A stretch of DNA of 64,000 bases, taken from Candidatus Eiseniibacteriota bacterium. GTDB taxonomy: Bacteria > Eisenbacteria > RBG-16-71-46. The translations under genes and the position numbers were made by a program. Below, piece after piece: positions 9,823 to 19,170 of the stretch. The notes under the pieces were generated by a model that searched no databases, had not been told where the DNA came from, and worked only from the letters and a program-made list of their open reading frames with translations. Position 1 is the first letter of the stretch. The number at the start of each line of letters is the position of its first letter. The stretch is taken from NCBI GenBank assembly GCA_963725865.1, contig CAVSAC010000014.1, positions 1,472,001-1,536,000 on the forward strand, in the 5' to 3' direction.

Positions 9823-10586
9823 ACGACGAGATCGAGCGGCTGATCCAGGATGCGTTGGACGGGGTGGCGACCCCCGAGCAGGAATCGCGACTGCGCGAGA
9901 TCCTCGCCACGGATCCCGAGGCGCGGCAGCGGCAGCGCGAGGTCGCGGCCGTGTTCCATGCGTTGGAAGGTGTGAAGACAGCGGAGGCGCCGGATCTCCG
10001 AGGCAGAGTGCTGAGCGCCATCGGGAGGGAGGCCCAGGCAGGGGCAACCCGTTCCTCATGGACCGGGAGCCTGCGCCGAGCGTTCGCGCGGCGGCCAGGT
10101 CTCGCGCTCGCCTACGCTTTCGGAGCCGGCGCCGTGGTGAGCGCCCTGGCGCTGGCGTTCGCCACCGGCGCGCTCACCCGCGGGGGGCGCGCCTCCCTGC
10201 CGGTGAGCGCGACGATGGTCTCCCCGACGTCGTCCGCACATGCCCACCGGGAGGTCACGGTGGGTGGTGCCACCGTGGTGCTCGAGTCGCGGCGGCTGCC
10301 CGGCGCCGCCGAGGTGCTGGTCGCGAGCGGCGCGGCGCCCGATGCGCGCATCACCCTCGAGTACGACGCCGCCGCGCTGCGCGTCTCCGCGCTGGACTGG
10401 GGACGGCCGGGAGCCGGCCGCGCGAGCCTGGAGCCCGGCCGTATCCACCTGGAGCCCCAGGGGGCCGACTGCCGCATCGAGTTCACGATCGTGGGGGCAC
10501 CGCCCCCCGTCATCGCCGTGGTCGAGCGCGCCGCAGGGAGCGCGCGGGAGACCCTGGACGTGAAGGCCCCGGAGGAGAACCGCTGA
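9819..10586 (+). CDS. Putative membrane-bound anti-sigma factor
   Basis: Overlaps the sigma stop. N-terminal LIQDALDG..TPEQ helix resembles anti-sigma domains. One TM segment and a C-terminal beta-rich extracytoplasmic domain. Confidence 0.7.
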   Translation: MNDEIERLIQDALDGVATPEQESRLREILATDPEARQRQREVAAVFHALEGVKTAEAPDLRGRVLSAIGREAQAGATRSSWTGSLRRAFARRPGLALAYAFGAGAVVSALALAFATGALTRGGRASLPVSATMVSPTSSAHAHREVTVGGATVVLESRRLPGAAEVLVASGAAPDARITLEYDAAALRVSALDWGRPGAGRASLEPGRIHLEPQGADCRIEFTIVGAPPPVIAVVERAAGSARETLDVKAPEENR

Positions 10587-10605
10587 TCTCCCGCCGCGGG
10601 GGTGG

Positions 10606-10640
10606 ATCCCCGCCAACCTTCGCGGCGTTCCCGTGTCATT
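10606..10640 (+). promoter_or_regulatory. Putative ECF-dependent promoter, copy 2 (CAACC-N15-TGTC)
   Basis: atccccgCCAACCTTcgcGGCGttcCCgTGTcatt, upstream of the repeat-protein gene. Confidence 0.5.
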
Positions 10641-10692
10641 GGAACCAGAGCAACGAACCGACGAGAGACAGGAACCGAACAAGGAGGCGAGC

Positions 10693-11679
10693 ATGAAGGG
10701 CAACCGTGTCACGATCGTCCTGGGGATCCTGGTGGTGGGCGCTGTCATCGGGTTCTTCGCGTTCAAGAACTATCCCCCCAAGAACGGCACCGAAGGCGCG
10801 ATCGGCGCAGCGAACCGCTACCAGTCGCAGCAGATCGGCGAGAGCGACGTCAACGTGACCGAGGGCCAGGTCCAGGCGTTCCTCCAGAGCGACCTGTTCC
10901 ACAAGATCTCCACCAACGCCGATTACCGCGCGCTGCTGACCAGCCCCGACTTCGCCAGGGCCGCGGCGAGCCCCGATTTCGCGAAGCTCGTGACGAGCCC
11001 CGACTTCGCCAGGATGGTCGCGAGCCCGGACTACGCGAAGATGGCCGCCTCGCCGGACTTCGCCCGGCTGCTGACGAACCCGGACTTCGCCAAGACCGTC
11101 GTCAGCCCGGACTACGCGAAGCTGGTCACCTCGCCCGATTTCGCCAAGCTCATGGCGAGCCCCGACTACGCGAAGGCCGCGGTCAACCCCGACTTCCAGC
11201 GCCTGATGAGCGACGCGGCGAAGGCCCGGATCACGAGCGCGGCGGACTTCGCGAAGATGGTGGCGAGCCCCGACTACGCGAAGCTCAAGGCCAGCCCGGA
11301 CTACGCCAAGCTGGCGGCGCATCCGGACTTCGCGAAGATGGCGGTGAACGCCGACTACCAGCGGCTGGCGACCAACCCGGATTACGCCAGGATGGTGGCG
11401 AACCCCGACTACGCGAAGCTGGCCGTGAGCCCGGACTTCGCGAAGATGGTGGCGAGCCCCGATTACGCCCGGCTGGTGACGAACCCGGACTTCGCGAAGG
11501 TGGTGATCAGCCCGGACTTCGCGAAGATGGCCGTCAACCCGGACTTCGCCAAGGTGGTGGTCAACCCCGACTTCGCCAAGATGGTCGCGAACCCGGACTT
11601 CGCGAAGATGGTGGTCGCGCCGGAGTTCGCGAAGGCGGTCACGTCGGCGGACTTCGCCAAGTCGATCGTCAGCGAGTGA
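10693..11679 (+). CDS. Membrane-anchored protein with 28 tandem 9-aa repeats, function unknown
   Basis: AAGGAGG RBS. MKGNRVTIVLGILVVGAVIGFFAF N-terminal anchor followed by (S/N)PD(F/Y)A(K/R)xxx repeats. Confidence 0.88.
   Translation: MKGNRVTIVLGILVVGAVIGFFAFKNYPPKNGTEGAIGAANRYQSQQIGESDVNVTEGQVQAFLQSDLFHKISTNADYRALLTSPDFARAAASPDFAKLVTSPDFARMVASPDYAKMAASPDFARLLTNPDFAKTVVSPDYAKLVTSPDFAKLMASPDYAKAAVNPDFQRLMSDAAKARITSAADFAKMVASPDYAKLKASPDYAKLAAHPDFAKMAVNADYQRLATNPDYARMVANPDYAKLAVSPDFAKMVASPDYARLVTNPDFAKVVISPDFAKMAVNPDFAKVVVNPDFAKMVANPDFAKMVVAPEFAKAVTSADFAKSIVSE
10915..11670 (+). repeat. Coding tandem repeat, 28 x 27 bp (one degenerate unit)
   Basis: 756 bp = 28 x 27. Unit resembles agcccggacttcgcgaagatggtggcg. 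Confidence 0.9.
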
Positions 11680-11727
11680 GCCGCGCCCGGTCCCGCCGCA
11701 CGCGGGATCGGTGGCCCCTCGGACACC

Positions 11728-11760
11728 GGAGGCTCCGCGCCCGCGAGGCGCGGAGTCTCC
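11728..11760 (+). terminator. Stem-loop between the repeat-protein gene and the OMP gene
   Basis: ggaggctccgcgcc-cgcga-ggcgcggagtctcc, a 14-bp stem with one G-U pair. Confidence 0.45.
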
Positions 11761-11788
11761 TCGGCGTTCCTCCCAGCCCAAGGCCCGC

Positions 11789-14770
11789 ATGACGCCTCGC
11801 TCGCCGCGCCCGCTCCTCACGCTGGTCCTCGCCCTGCTCCTCGGCGCCGCGTGCGCTCCGCTCGCGCGCGCCCAGCTCGAGACCATCGAGACCCGTGATC
11901 TGCGGCTCGTCTACAGCGGACCGACGCAATCGTTCCTGGCGCCCTACACGGCGCGCTGCTTCGAGCGCTCGATGCGCTTCTACCGGCGCGTCTTCGACTA
12001 CACGCCCTCCGAGCCCGTGAACGTGATGCTCGACGACGCCGCGGACTACGCGAACGCGGCGGTGTGGGTCACGCCGCGCAACAGCATGCTCGTCCACATG
12101 GCGCCCACCAACTTCGTGTACGAGACCGGGCCCTCGAACGAGCGCATCAACTTCACGATGAACCACGAGGTCGCGCACGTCGTCACGCTCGACCGGGCGG
12201 CGGGGCAGGACCGGCTGTTCCGCGCGCTGCTGCACGGCAAGGTCAACGAGAGCGCGGACCATCCCGAGACCATGCTCTACAGCTGGCTCACGGTGCCGCG
12301 CCGCGCCTCGCCGAAGTGGTTCCGCGAGGGCACCGCGGTGTTCTTCGAGACCTGGATGGCGGGCGGGCTCGGCCGCGCCCAGGGCCCGTGGGACGAGATG
12401 GTGTTTCGCTCCATGGTGCTCGACCGTACGCGCATCTGGGACCCGCTGGGGCTCGAGTCCGAGGGCACCAAGACCGACTTCCAGGCGGGCGTGAACTCCT
12501 ACCTGTACGGCACGCGCTTCCTGAGCTACATGGCGTGGCGGCGCCGGCCCGAGGACCTGGTGCGCTGGGTCTCGCGCGCTCCCGGCAGCCGGGCGTACTT
12601 CGCCTCGCAGTTCCGGCGGGTCTACGGCGAGCCGCTCGGCGACGCGTGGCGCGACTGGATCGCCTGGGAGCGCGGCTTCCAGCAGGCGAACATCGACTCG
12701 CTGCGCCGCTTCCCCGAGACGCCCTTCCGCGACCTGTCGCGGCGCGCGCTAGGCTCGGTGTCGCGCGCGTTCCTCGACTCCACCACCCACACGCTCCTGG
12801 CGGCGGTGTTCTACCCGGGCGCGCTCGCGCATATCACCGGCATCTCGCTCGCCGACGGCTCGGCGCGCCGGCTGGCGGACGTGAAAGGGCCGGCGCTCTA
12901 CTTCGTGAGCTCGCTCGCGTGGGACCCCGACGGTCGCCGGCTCTTCTACACCACCGACAACGACGAGTGGCGCGACCTGCGCGTGCTCGACGTGGCGAGC
13001 GGGCGCTCGCGCCTGCTCATCCGTGACGCGCGTCTAGGTGACCTGTGCTTCGACCGGCGCACGCGGGCGCTGTGGGGGGTGCGGCACTTCAACGGCATCT
13101 CCTCGGTGGTGCGGCTCCCCGAGCCGTGGACCGACTGGACCCGGCTGGTCTCGCTCCCGTACGGACGCGACGTCTTCGACCTCGACCTCTCGCCCGACGG
13201 CTCGCGGCTCGCGTGCTCGATGGCCGAGATCAGCGGCCGCCAGACCCTGCGCCTGATGCGGACCGAGGCGCTGCTCGCGGGCGACACCACTTCGCGCACG
13301 CTGCACGACTTCGGCTCCAGCATCCCCACCAACTTCGTGTTCACGCCCGACGGCCGCGCGCTCGTGGGCTCCTCGTACTACACCGGGGTCTCGAACCTGT
13401 ACCGGTACGACCTCGACGCGGATGCGATGGACATCGTCACCAACGCGGTCACCGGATTCTTCCGCCCGGTGCCGCTGGGCGGGGACTCGCTCATCGCGTT
13501 CCGATACACCGGCGACGGATTCGTGCCCGCGCTCCTGCACGTGAAGCCGCTGCAGGACGTGAATGCGATCGAGTTCCTGGGCCAGCGGCTGGCGGCGCGC
13601 GACTCGGTGCTGCGCGCCTGGAAGGTGCCGCCGCCCTCGTCGGTGGATCTCGACTCGGTGGTCACGCGCCGCGGTCCCTATGCCGGCCTCTCCGCGGTCC
13701 GACCCACCACCGTCTATCCGGTGGTGCAGGCCTACAAGGACCGCGCCTCCTTCGGCTGGCGCGTGAACGCCTCCGACCCGCTCTCGCGCCACGTCGCCGA
13801 CCTCGACCTGACGCTCACCCCGGAGCGCGACCTGCCCGACGCCGAGCGCGTGCACGCCGCCCTGCGCTACCGCACCGGTGACCTCACGGCGCGCGTGCGA
13901 TGGAATCCGGCCTCGTTCTACGACCTGTTCGGCCCGACCAAGACCAGCCGCAAGGGGCTCAACGCCGGGCTCGAGTGGACACGCACACTGGTGCGCGACG
14001 CGCCGCGGATGCTCGAACTGACCACCACCGCGGACGGATGGACCGGCCTGCAGCGCCTGCCCGACTATCAGAACGTGGCGACCTCGGCCGGCTTCGACGC
14101 CCTGCTCGCGGGCTCGGCCACGCTGCGCTACCGCGACCTGCGCTCCTCGATCGGCGCGGTCGACCAGGAGAAGGGCTGGTCGTGGAGCCTCGACGGGGGC
14201 GTGAACGGCGTGCGCTTCACCCGCCTCGGGATCTCGCGCTGGCGCGGCTTCCCCTTCGCCCAGGGAACGCTCGACGCGGGCGTGCCGCTGCCGGTGCCCA
14301 ACACCTCGGTGTGGCTGCGCACCGCGGCGGGAGGCTCGCCCGGCAACGAGGCGGAGCCGTTCGCCAACTTCTTCTTCGGGGGCTTCGGGAACAACCACGT
14401 GGACCGCCAGGACCCGAAGCGCTATCGCACCGTCGAGAGCTTCCCGGGCGTGACCCTCAACGAGGTCGCGGGCACCACGTTCACGAAGGCGATGGTGGAC
14501 CTCAATCTGCCGCCCGTGCGATTCTCGCACCTCGGCCGCCCTGCGTTCTACGCCACGTGGCTGCGGCTGTCGGTGTTCGGGGGAGGGATCGCCACCGATC
14601 CCGACCGCCCGGGATGGACACGGCGGCTCGCGGACGTGGGCGCGCAGGCCGACCTGCGCCTCATGCTCCTCATGCAGCAATCCCTCACCCTCTCGTCGGG
14701 CTGGGCGCGCGCCTTCGAGCGCGGGGTCCCGCACGACGACGAGTGGATGGTCTCGCTCAAGATCCTGTGA
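11789..14770 (+). CDS. Large outer-membrane protein: N-terminal HExxH metallopeptidase-like domain, PD40/TolB-like propeller, C-terminal beta-barrel
   Basis: Signal peptide. NHEVAH...PKWFREGTA (gluzincin-like). LAWDPDGRRL, LSPDGSRL and FTPDGRAL blades. Amphipathic C-terminal strands with FFFGGFGNN. Confidence 0.72.
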   Translation: MTPRSPRPLLTLVLALLLGAACAPLARAQLETIETRDLRLVYSGPTQSFLAPYTARCFERSMRFYRRVFDYTPSEPVNVMLDDAADYANAAVWVTPRNSMLVHMAPTNFVYETGPSNERINFTMNHEVAHVVTLDRAAGQDRLFRALLHGKVNESADHPETMLYSWLTVPRRASPKWFREGTAVFFETWMAGGLGRAQGPWDEMVFRSMVLDRTRIWDPLGLESEGTKTDFQAGVNSYLYGTRFLSYMAWRRRPEDLVRWVSRAPGSRAYFASQFRRVYGEPLGDAWRDWIAWERGFQQANIDSLRRFPETPFRDLSRRALGSVSRAFLDSTTHTLLAAVFYPGALAHITGISLADGSARRLADVKGPALYFVSSLAWDPDGRRLFYTTDNDEWRDLRVLDVASGRSRLLIRDARLGDLCFDRRTRALWGVRHFNGISSVVRLPEPWTDWTRLVSLPYGRDVFDLDLSPDGSRLACSMAEISGRQTLRLMRTEALLAGDTTSRTLHDFGSSIPTNFVFTPDGRALVGSSYYTGVSNLYRYDLDADAMDIVTNAVTGFFRPVPLGGDSLIAFRYTGDGFVPALLHVKPLQDVNAIEFLGQRLAARDSVLRAWKVPPPSSVDLDSVVTRRGPYAGLSAVRPTTVYPVVQAYKDRASFGWRVNASDPLSRHVADLDLTLTPERDLPDAERVHAALRYRTGDLTARVRWNPASFYDLFGPTKTSRKGLNAGLEWTRTLVRDAPRMLELTTTADGWTGLQRLPDYQNVATSAGFDALLAGSATLRYRDLRSSIGAVDQEKGWSWSLDGGVNGVRFTRLGISRWRGFPFAQGTLDAGVPLPVPNTSVWLRTAAGGSPGNEAEPFANFFFGGFGNNHVDRQDPKRYRTVESFPGVTLNEVAGTTFTKAMVDLNLPPVRFSHLGRPAFYATWLRLSVFGGGIATDPDRPGWTRRLADVGAQADLRLMLLMQQSLTLSSGWARAFERGVPHDDEWMVSLKIL

Positions 14771-15774
14771 TCACCCCGACCGTGCTCCTGCTCGGCTTCG
14801 TCCCCGTCGTGCTGTTCCTGGCGGCGCTGATGCTCATGGACTCGTACAAGCTCGTGCCCCGCGGCGCGGTGGCCACGAGCCTCGCCGCGGGCGCGCTGGT
14901 GGCGGTGGCCGCGCTGTTCGTGAACCGCTTCGCGGCCGGATCCCTCCACCTCGACCCGCTCGCGCTCAAGCGCTACGTGGCCCCGCTGATCGAGGAGACG
15001 CTCAAGGCCGCGGTGGTGCTGGCGCTGGTGCGCGCCGGTCGCGTGGGCTTCATGGTGGACGCGGGCATCCATGGGTTCGCGATCGGCACCGGGTTCGCGC
15101 TGGTCGAGAACCTCTACTACGCGACCGCGCTCGGGGACACGCGCCTGACGCTGTGGATCGTGCGCGGGCTCGGGACCGCGGTCATGCACGGATCGACCAC
15201 CGCAGTGGTGGGGATGCTCACCAAGGGGCTCACCGACCGGCACGGCTCGTTCCGGGCGAGCCGCGCGCTGCCGGGCCTCGCGCTCGCCTTCGGCGCGCAC
15301 GCGTTCTTCAACCACCTGGTGCTGAACCCGCTGCTCATGACGGGCCTGCTGCTGGTGGCCATGCCGCTGCTGTTGCTGGTGGTGTTCGAGCGCAGCGAGC
15401 GCGCGACACGCGCCTGGCTCGGCACCGGCATCGACGTCGACCTCGAGGCGCTCGAGGCGCTGCTCGACGGCGAGGTGCACGCGACGCCGGTCGGGCGCTA
15501 CCTGGAGTCGCTCAAGGCGCACTTCACGCCCACGGTGGTGGCCGACATGCTGTGCCTGCTGCGCATCCACCTCGAGCTGGCGCTGTCGGCCAAGGGGATG
15601 CTGCTCGCGCGCGCCGCGGGCATCGAGATCCCGGTGGACGAGCACGTGCGGGCGAACTTCGCGGAGATGCGCTTCCTCGAGCGCGCCATCGGCCCGACCG
15701 GGCTGCTCGCCCTGCAGCCGTTCCGCAAGACCAGCGCGCGCGACCTGTGGGAGCTGCACGTCCTGAGACGCTGA
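14767..15774 (+). CDS. prsW: PrsW-family glutamic intramembrane protease
   Basis: APLIEETLK, GTGFALVEN, MHG and HAFFN motifs. GTG start overlaps the OMP stop. Confidence 0.88.
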   Translation: MITPTVLLLGFVPVVLFLAALMLMDSYKLVPRGAVATSLAAGALVAVAALFVNRFAAGSLHLDPLALKRYVAPLIEETLKAAVVLALVRAGRVGFMVDAGIHGFAIGTGFALVENLYYATALGDTRLTLWIVRGLGTAVMHGSTTAVVGMLTKGLTDRHGSFRASRALPGLALAFGAHAFFNHLVLNPLLMTGLLLVAMPLLLLVVFERSERATRAWLGTGIDVDLEALEALLDGEVHATPVGRYLESLKAHFTPTVVADMLCLLRIHLELALSAKGMLLARAAGIEIPVDEHVRANFAEMRFLERAIGPTGLLALQPFRKTSARDLWELHVLRR

Positions 15775-15801
15775 CGCTCGCGCCGCGACGGGCGCGCTCG
15801 G

Positions 15802-18800
15802 CTAGCGCCAGTCGCCTGCCGCGATGAAGGCCGCCCAGCGGAACGGATGCGTGTCGAGTCCGCGCGCGCGGCGGGCGGCGATCAGGTCGCGCGCCGCGGC
15901 GCGCACCGATTCGGCGGTGCCGAGCCGCTCGGCCAGCCGGTGGTGGTAGAGCGCCACCATCCAGTCGCGGGTGGCCGCGTCCTCGACCGGCCACAGGCTC
16001 ATGATCACGGTGCGCACGCCGGCCACCTGGAACGCGCGCCGCAGCCCGAGCACGCCCTCGCCCGCGAGCAGCCGGCCGACGCCGGTGTCGCAGCCGGACA
16101 GCACCGCCCACTCCACGCCGTCGAGGTCGAGCGCCGCCACCTCCTCGGCGGTGAGCACGCCGTCCTCGCCGCCGAGCGGCACGCTCTCGCGGCGGTTGGC
16201 TCCGGCGAGCGCGAGGCCCGAGAGCCGCAGCGGGCTCTCGGTCGGCGGCGCGGCTTCCGGCGCCGCCGTGGGCGCGGCGTCGGCGAGCTCGCCCACGCCG
16301 CGGCCGCCGCCGCCCCCGGTGGCGCAGCGCGGATCCACGAAGAAGCCGTGCGTGGCCAGATGGAGCACGCGGCGGCCCGGCGCCAGTCGCGCGAAGCCGG
16401 CCTCGTCGGCCTCGACGCCGGACAGCACCCGGACCTCCTCCGTACCCGCGGCGGCCTGCCACAGCGCCGCCACGTCCTCGACCTCGCGCGCGGTGCCCGG
16501 CAGCGGCGCGAATCGCACGCGGCTGAACTCGGCGCAGCGCGCGCGCAGGCCGCGGAACGGCGGCGCGGCGTACGCGACCAGCGGCGCCGGCGCGGCCGCC
16601 GCGCTGTCGAACGCGGCGCCACCGAGTGCCAGCAGCCCCGCGCCGGTGCGCGCGCGCGCCGGCTCGTCGACCAGGTCGCGCTCGCTGGTCAGCACGTGCA
16701 GCAGCGGGCCGCGCTCAGCCAGATAGCGCCCGTCGGCGAGCGGCAGCGCCGCCAGCGGCGCGAGCGCGAGCGCGCCGTCGGGCACCACGAACACCCGCCC
16801 GGCATCGCCCAGCGCCGGCGCCAGCGGATCCCAGACGCGGCGGCGAACCGTCGCGCCGAGCCCGCGTGCCGTGCGCTCGGCGGTCTGCGCCGCGGTCCGC
16901 TCGACCGGCGGCCGGCGGCCGAGGGCGGCGTCCCAGCGCTCGAGTGCCGCTTCGATGCCCGCGGCCTCGCCGAGCGGGACCACGCTCGGGGCGCGCGCCC
17001 CGCCGCGCAGGACGAAGGCCGCGTAGCGTGCCGGACCCAGTTCGTGCGCCAGCTCGGCCGGGCGATAGCGCGCGAACGCCACCAGCGCGCTGCCCGCGGG
17101 CAGCGCCGCGGCGATCGCGTCGAAGCCGCTCGCCTCGCGGGTGCGCTGGAGGACCAGGTGCGGGCTCGACTCGAGCAGCGCTCGCTCGGCGAGGTCGACC
17201 TCGTGCCGCCAGCGGTCGAGCCCTTCCTGATACTGCGCGGGCGAGTCGCGACCGGGGCCGCGCACGACCAGCGCCGCGAGATTGCTGCGCGCGTCCTGCA
17301 CCGCCGTGCGGCGCGCCGCGGTCAGCGAGTCCCCCTCGTGGGCGGTGTGCGCATGCTGGGCCGTCGCGTCGAGCACCACGGCGCGCGAGCGCAGCATCGC
17401 GTCCCAGGCGTTCGCGCGGAGCGCGGCCGGGACCCCCGGCCGGGCGGCCGCGTCCACCACCAGGTCGAGCGCGCTGACGCGGCCCGCCGCCAGCGCGAGC
17501 GCCTCCCGCTCCGACGAGGTCTCGGCCGTCATGCGGAGCTGCTGGCGCGAGTTCGCCTCGGCGCGCTCCGCGAGTGTCCCGCCCTCGGCCGGGCGCCCGC
17601 TCGCGATGGCCAGCGTGGCGAGATGGATGAGGGTGGGGACGAGGTCGGGATGATCGGGACCCAGCCAGCGCTCGCGGATCGCGAGCGTGCGGGCGAACGT
17701 GCGCGCCGCCGCCGCGGTGTCGCCGCCGGTCATCTGCGTGGTGCCGAGACCGTCGAGCGCGAGCGCCAGATGCAGGCTGTCGGGTCGCTGGGTGCGCTCG
17801 TAGATGCCGACCGCGCGCTCGAACCACGGGCGTCCGCCGGCGTAGTCGCCCTGCTGGCACCGGTAGGCGCCGATGCTGGAGCAGTCCTGGGCCACGTTCG
17901 CGTGATCGGGTCCGAACCGGTGCTCGTCGATCCGCAGCTCCTCGACCGTCACGCTCTCGGCGGCCGCCGGGCGGCCGCGCCGCACCAGCAGCCGGGCGCG
18001 GGCGTTCAGCAGCGAGGCGCGCGTCACGGAATTGGCGTCGGCGGCCGGATCGAGCCCGGCCAGCGCGCGATCGATCAGCGGCTCGGCGGCGTCGACATCG
18101 CCCTGGGTGATGAGCGTCCAGGCCAGCCAGTTCAGCGACTGGATCACCACGCGGTGGTTCGGCGGATACGCGCGCTCGTTGATCGCCAGCGCGCGCTCGA
18201 AGCACGCGCGCGCCCCGGCGTCCTCGCCGAGGCGGCTCAGCACGTTGCCCAGCTCGATGCGCGGCTGCGCCGCCAGCGTGCTGAGCGGGCCGTACGCGCG
18301 GTCGGCACTCGCGACGGCGCGCTCGCCCAACGCGCGGGCGCCGGTCAGGTCGCCCTGCTCGGCGCGCAGGCGCGCGACCGAGCCGAGGCTCTGGATCACG
18401 TCCGGATGGTCGGGCGGCAGCGCGTGTTCGCGGATCGCGAGCGCGCGCTCGGCGGCCGCCCGCGCGCCGCGCAGGTCGCCCAGCACCGAGAGCGAGGCGG
18501 AGAGGCCCGACAGCGACATCGCGACGTCGGGATGCTGCGGCCCGAGTGCGCGCTCGCGCATCGCCAGCGCGCGCGCGAAGCCGTCGCGTGCGCCGGCGAA
18601 ATCACTCATCGCGTAGGCGACGCGCGCCAGTTGGTGGACGCCGCGCGCGCGCAGCGGATCGTCCTCGGGTAGCGCCGCCGCGCGCAGCGCCAGCGCGCGC
18701 TCGAAGTACGAGCGCGCCCCGGCGTTGTCGCCGCCCGCGAAGCGCACGTTCGCCAGCCGATCGAGCGCGGCGGCCAGCCGCAGCGTGTCGCACGGCCGCT

Positions 18801-19170
18801 GCGCCTCGCGCAGCGCGACCGCGCGTTCGGCCAAGGCCTGCGTGCCGGGCACGGTGGAGCGCATCAGCTCGAAGCGCGCGCCGATCACCACGTCGAGGGC
18901 GGCCGCCGAGTCGGACGGCGACGGCGCCCCGAACGCCGCTGCGAGCACCGCGGTGGCGAGGCTCTCCGCCGCGCCGAAGCGCCCGGAATCGGCGAGCGCC
19001 TGCGCGTGCGCGGCCGCGGCGGCAGGCCGCGGGGCGCCGCCGGCGGGGCGCGCGGCACCCGCCGATGAGGACGCGACGAGCGTGGCGGCCATCAGCGCGA
19101 GCGCGAGCGCGCCCGCCGCGCGCGGGCGCGGCGGGCGGCGCGGCGCACGCCGATGGGACGCGCCGGTCAT
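15802..19170 (-). CDS. TPR-repeat + CHAT (caspase-like) protease with N-terminal signal-like segment
   Basis: Kinesin-light-chain-type TPRs (LGPQHPDVA, LPPDHPDV, LGPDHPDL), VPDGAL, LPGTAREV, LHLATHGF (catalytic His), VLSGCDTG (catalytic Cys), SLWPV and HPFRWAAF. Confidence 0.92.
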   Translation of the reverse strand: MTGASHRRAPRRPPRPRAAGALALALMAATLVASSSAGAARPAGGAPRPAAAAAHAQALADSGRFGAAESLATAVLAAAFGAPSPSDSAAALDVVIGARFELMRSTVPGTQALAERAVALREAQRPCDTLRLAAALDRLANVRFAGGDNAGARSYFERALALRAAALPEDDPLRARGVHQLARVAYAMSDFAGARDGFARALAMRERALGPQHPDVAMSLSGLSASLSVLGDLRGARAAAERALAIREHALPPDHPDVIQSLGSVARLRAEQGDLTGARALGERAVASADRAYGPLSTLAAQPRIELGNVLSRLGEDAGARACFERALAINERAYPPNHRVVIQSLNWLAWTLITQGDVDAAEPLIDRALAGLDPAADANSVTRASLLNARARLLVRRGRPAAAESVTVEELRIDEHRFGPDHANVAQDCSSIGAYRCQQGDYAGGRPWFERAVGIYERTQRPDSLHLALALDGLGTTQMTGGDTAAAARTFARTLAIRERWLGPDHPDLVPTLIHLATLAIASGRPAEGGTLAERAEANSRQQLRMTAETSSEREALALAAGRVSALDLVVDAAARPGVPAALRANAWDAMLRSRAVVLDATAQHAHTAHEGDSLTAARRTAVQDARSNLAALVVRGPGRDSPAQYQEGLDRWRHEVDLAERALLESSPHLVLQRTREASGFDAIAAALPAGSALVAFARYRPAELAHELGPARYAAFVLRGGARAPSVVPLGEAAGIEAALERWDAALGRRPPVERTAAQTAERTARGLGATVRRRVWDPLAPALGDAGRVFVVPDGALALAPLAALPLADGRYLAERGPLLHVLTSERDLVDEPARARTGAGLLALGGAAFDSAAAAPAPLVAYAAPPFRGLRARCAEFSRVRFAPLPGTAREVEDVAALWQAAAGTEEVRVLSGVEADEAGFARLAPGRRVLHLATHGFFVDPRCATGGGGGRGVGELADAAPTAAPEAAPPTESPLRLSGLALAGANRRESVPLGGEDGVLTAEEVAALDLDGVEWAVLSGCDTGVGRLLAGEGVLGLRRAFQVAGVRTVIMSLWPVEDAATRDWMVALYHHRLAERLGTAESVRAAARDLIAARRARGLDTHPFRWAAFIAAGDWR

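Noticed and set aside
10915..11670. 27-bp periodic array as a possible CRISPR array
   Set aside because: There are no unique spacers. The array is in-frame coding sequence with synonymous variation, and no cas genes are nearby.
15802..19170. CHAT protease as a CRISPR-associated (Craspase-type) or anti-phage effector
   Set aside because: No cas or other defence genes are present. The signal-like N-terminus and the kinase/ECF context point to signalling.
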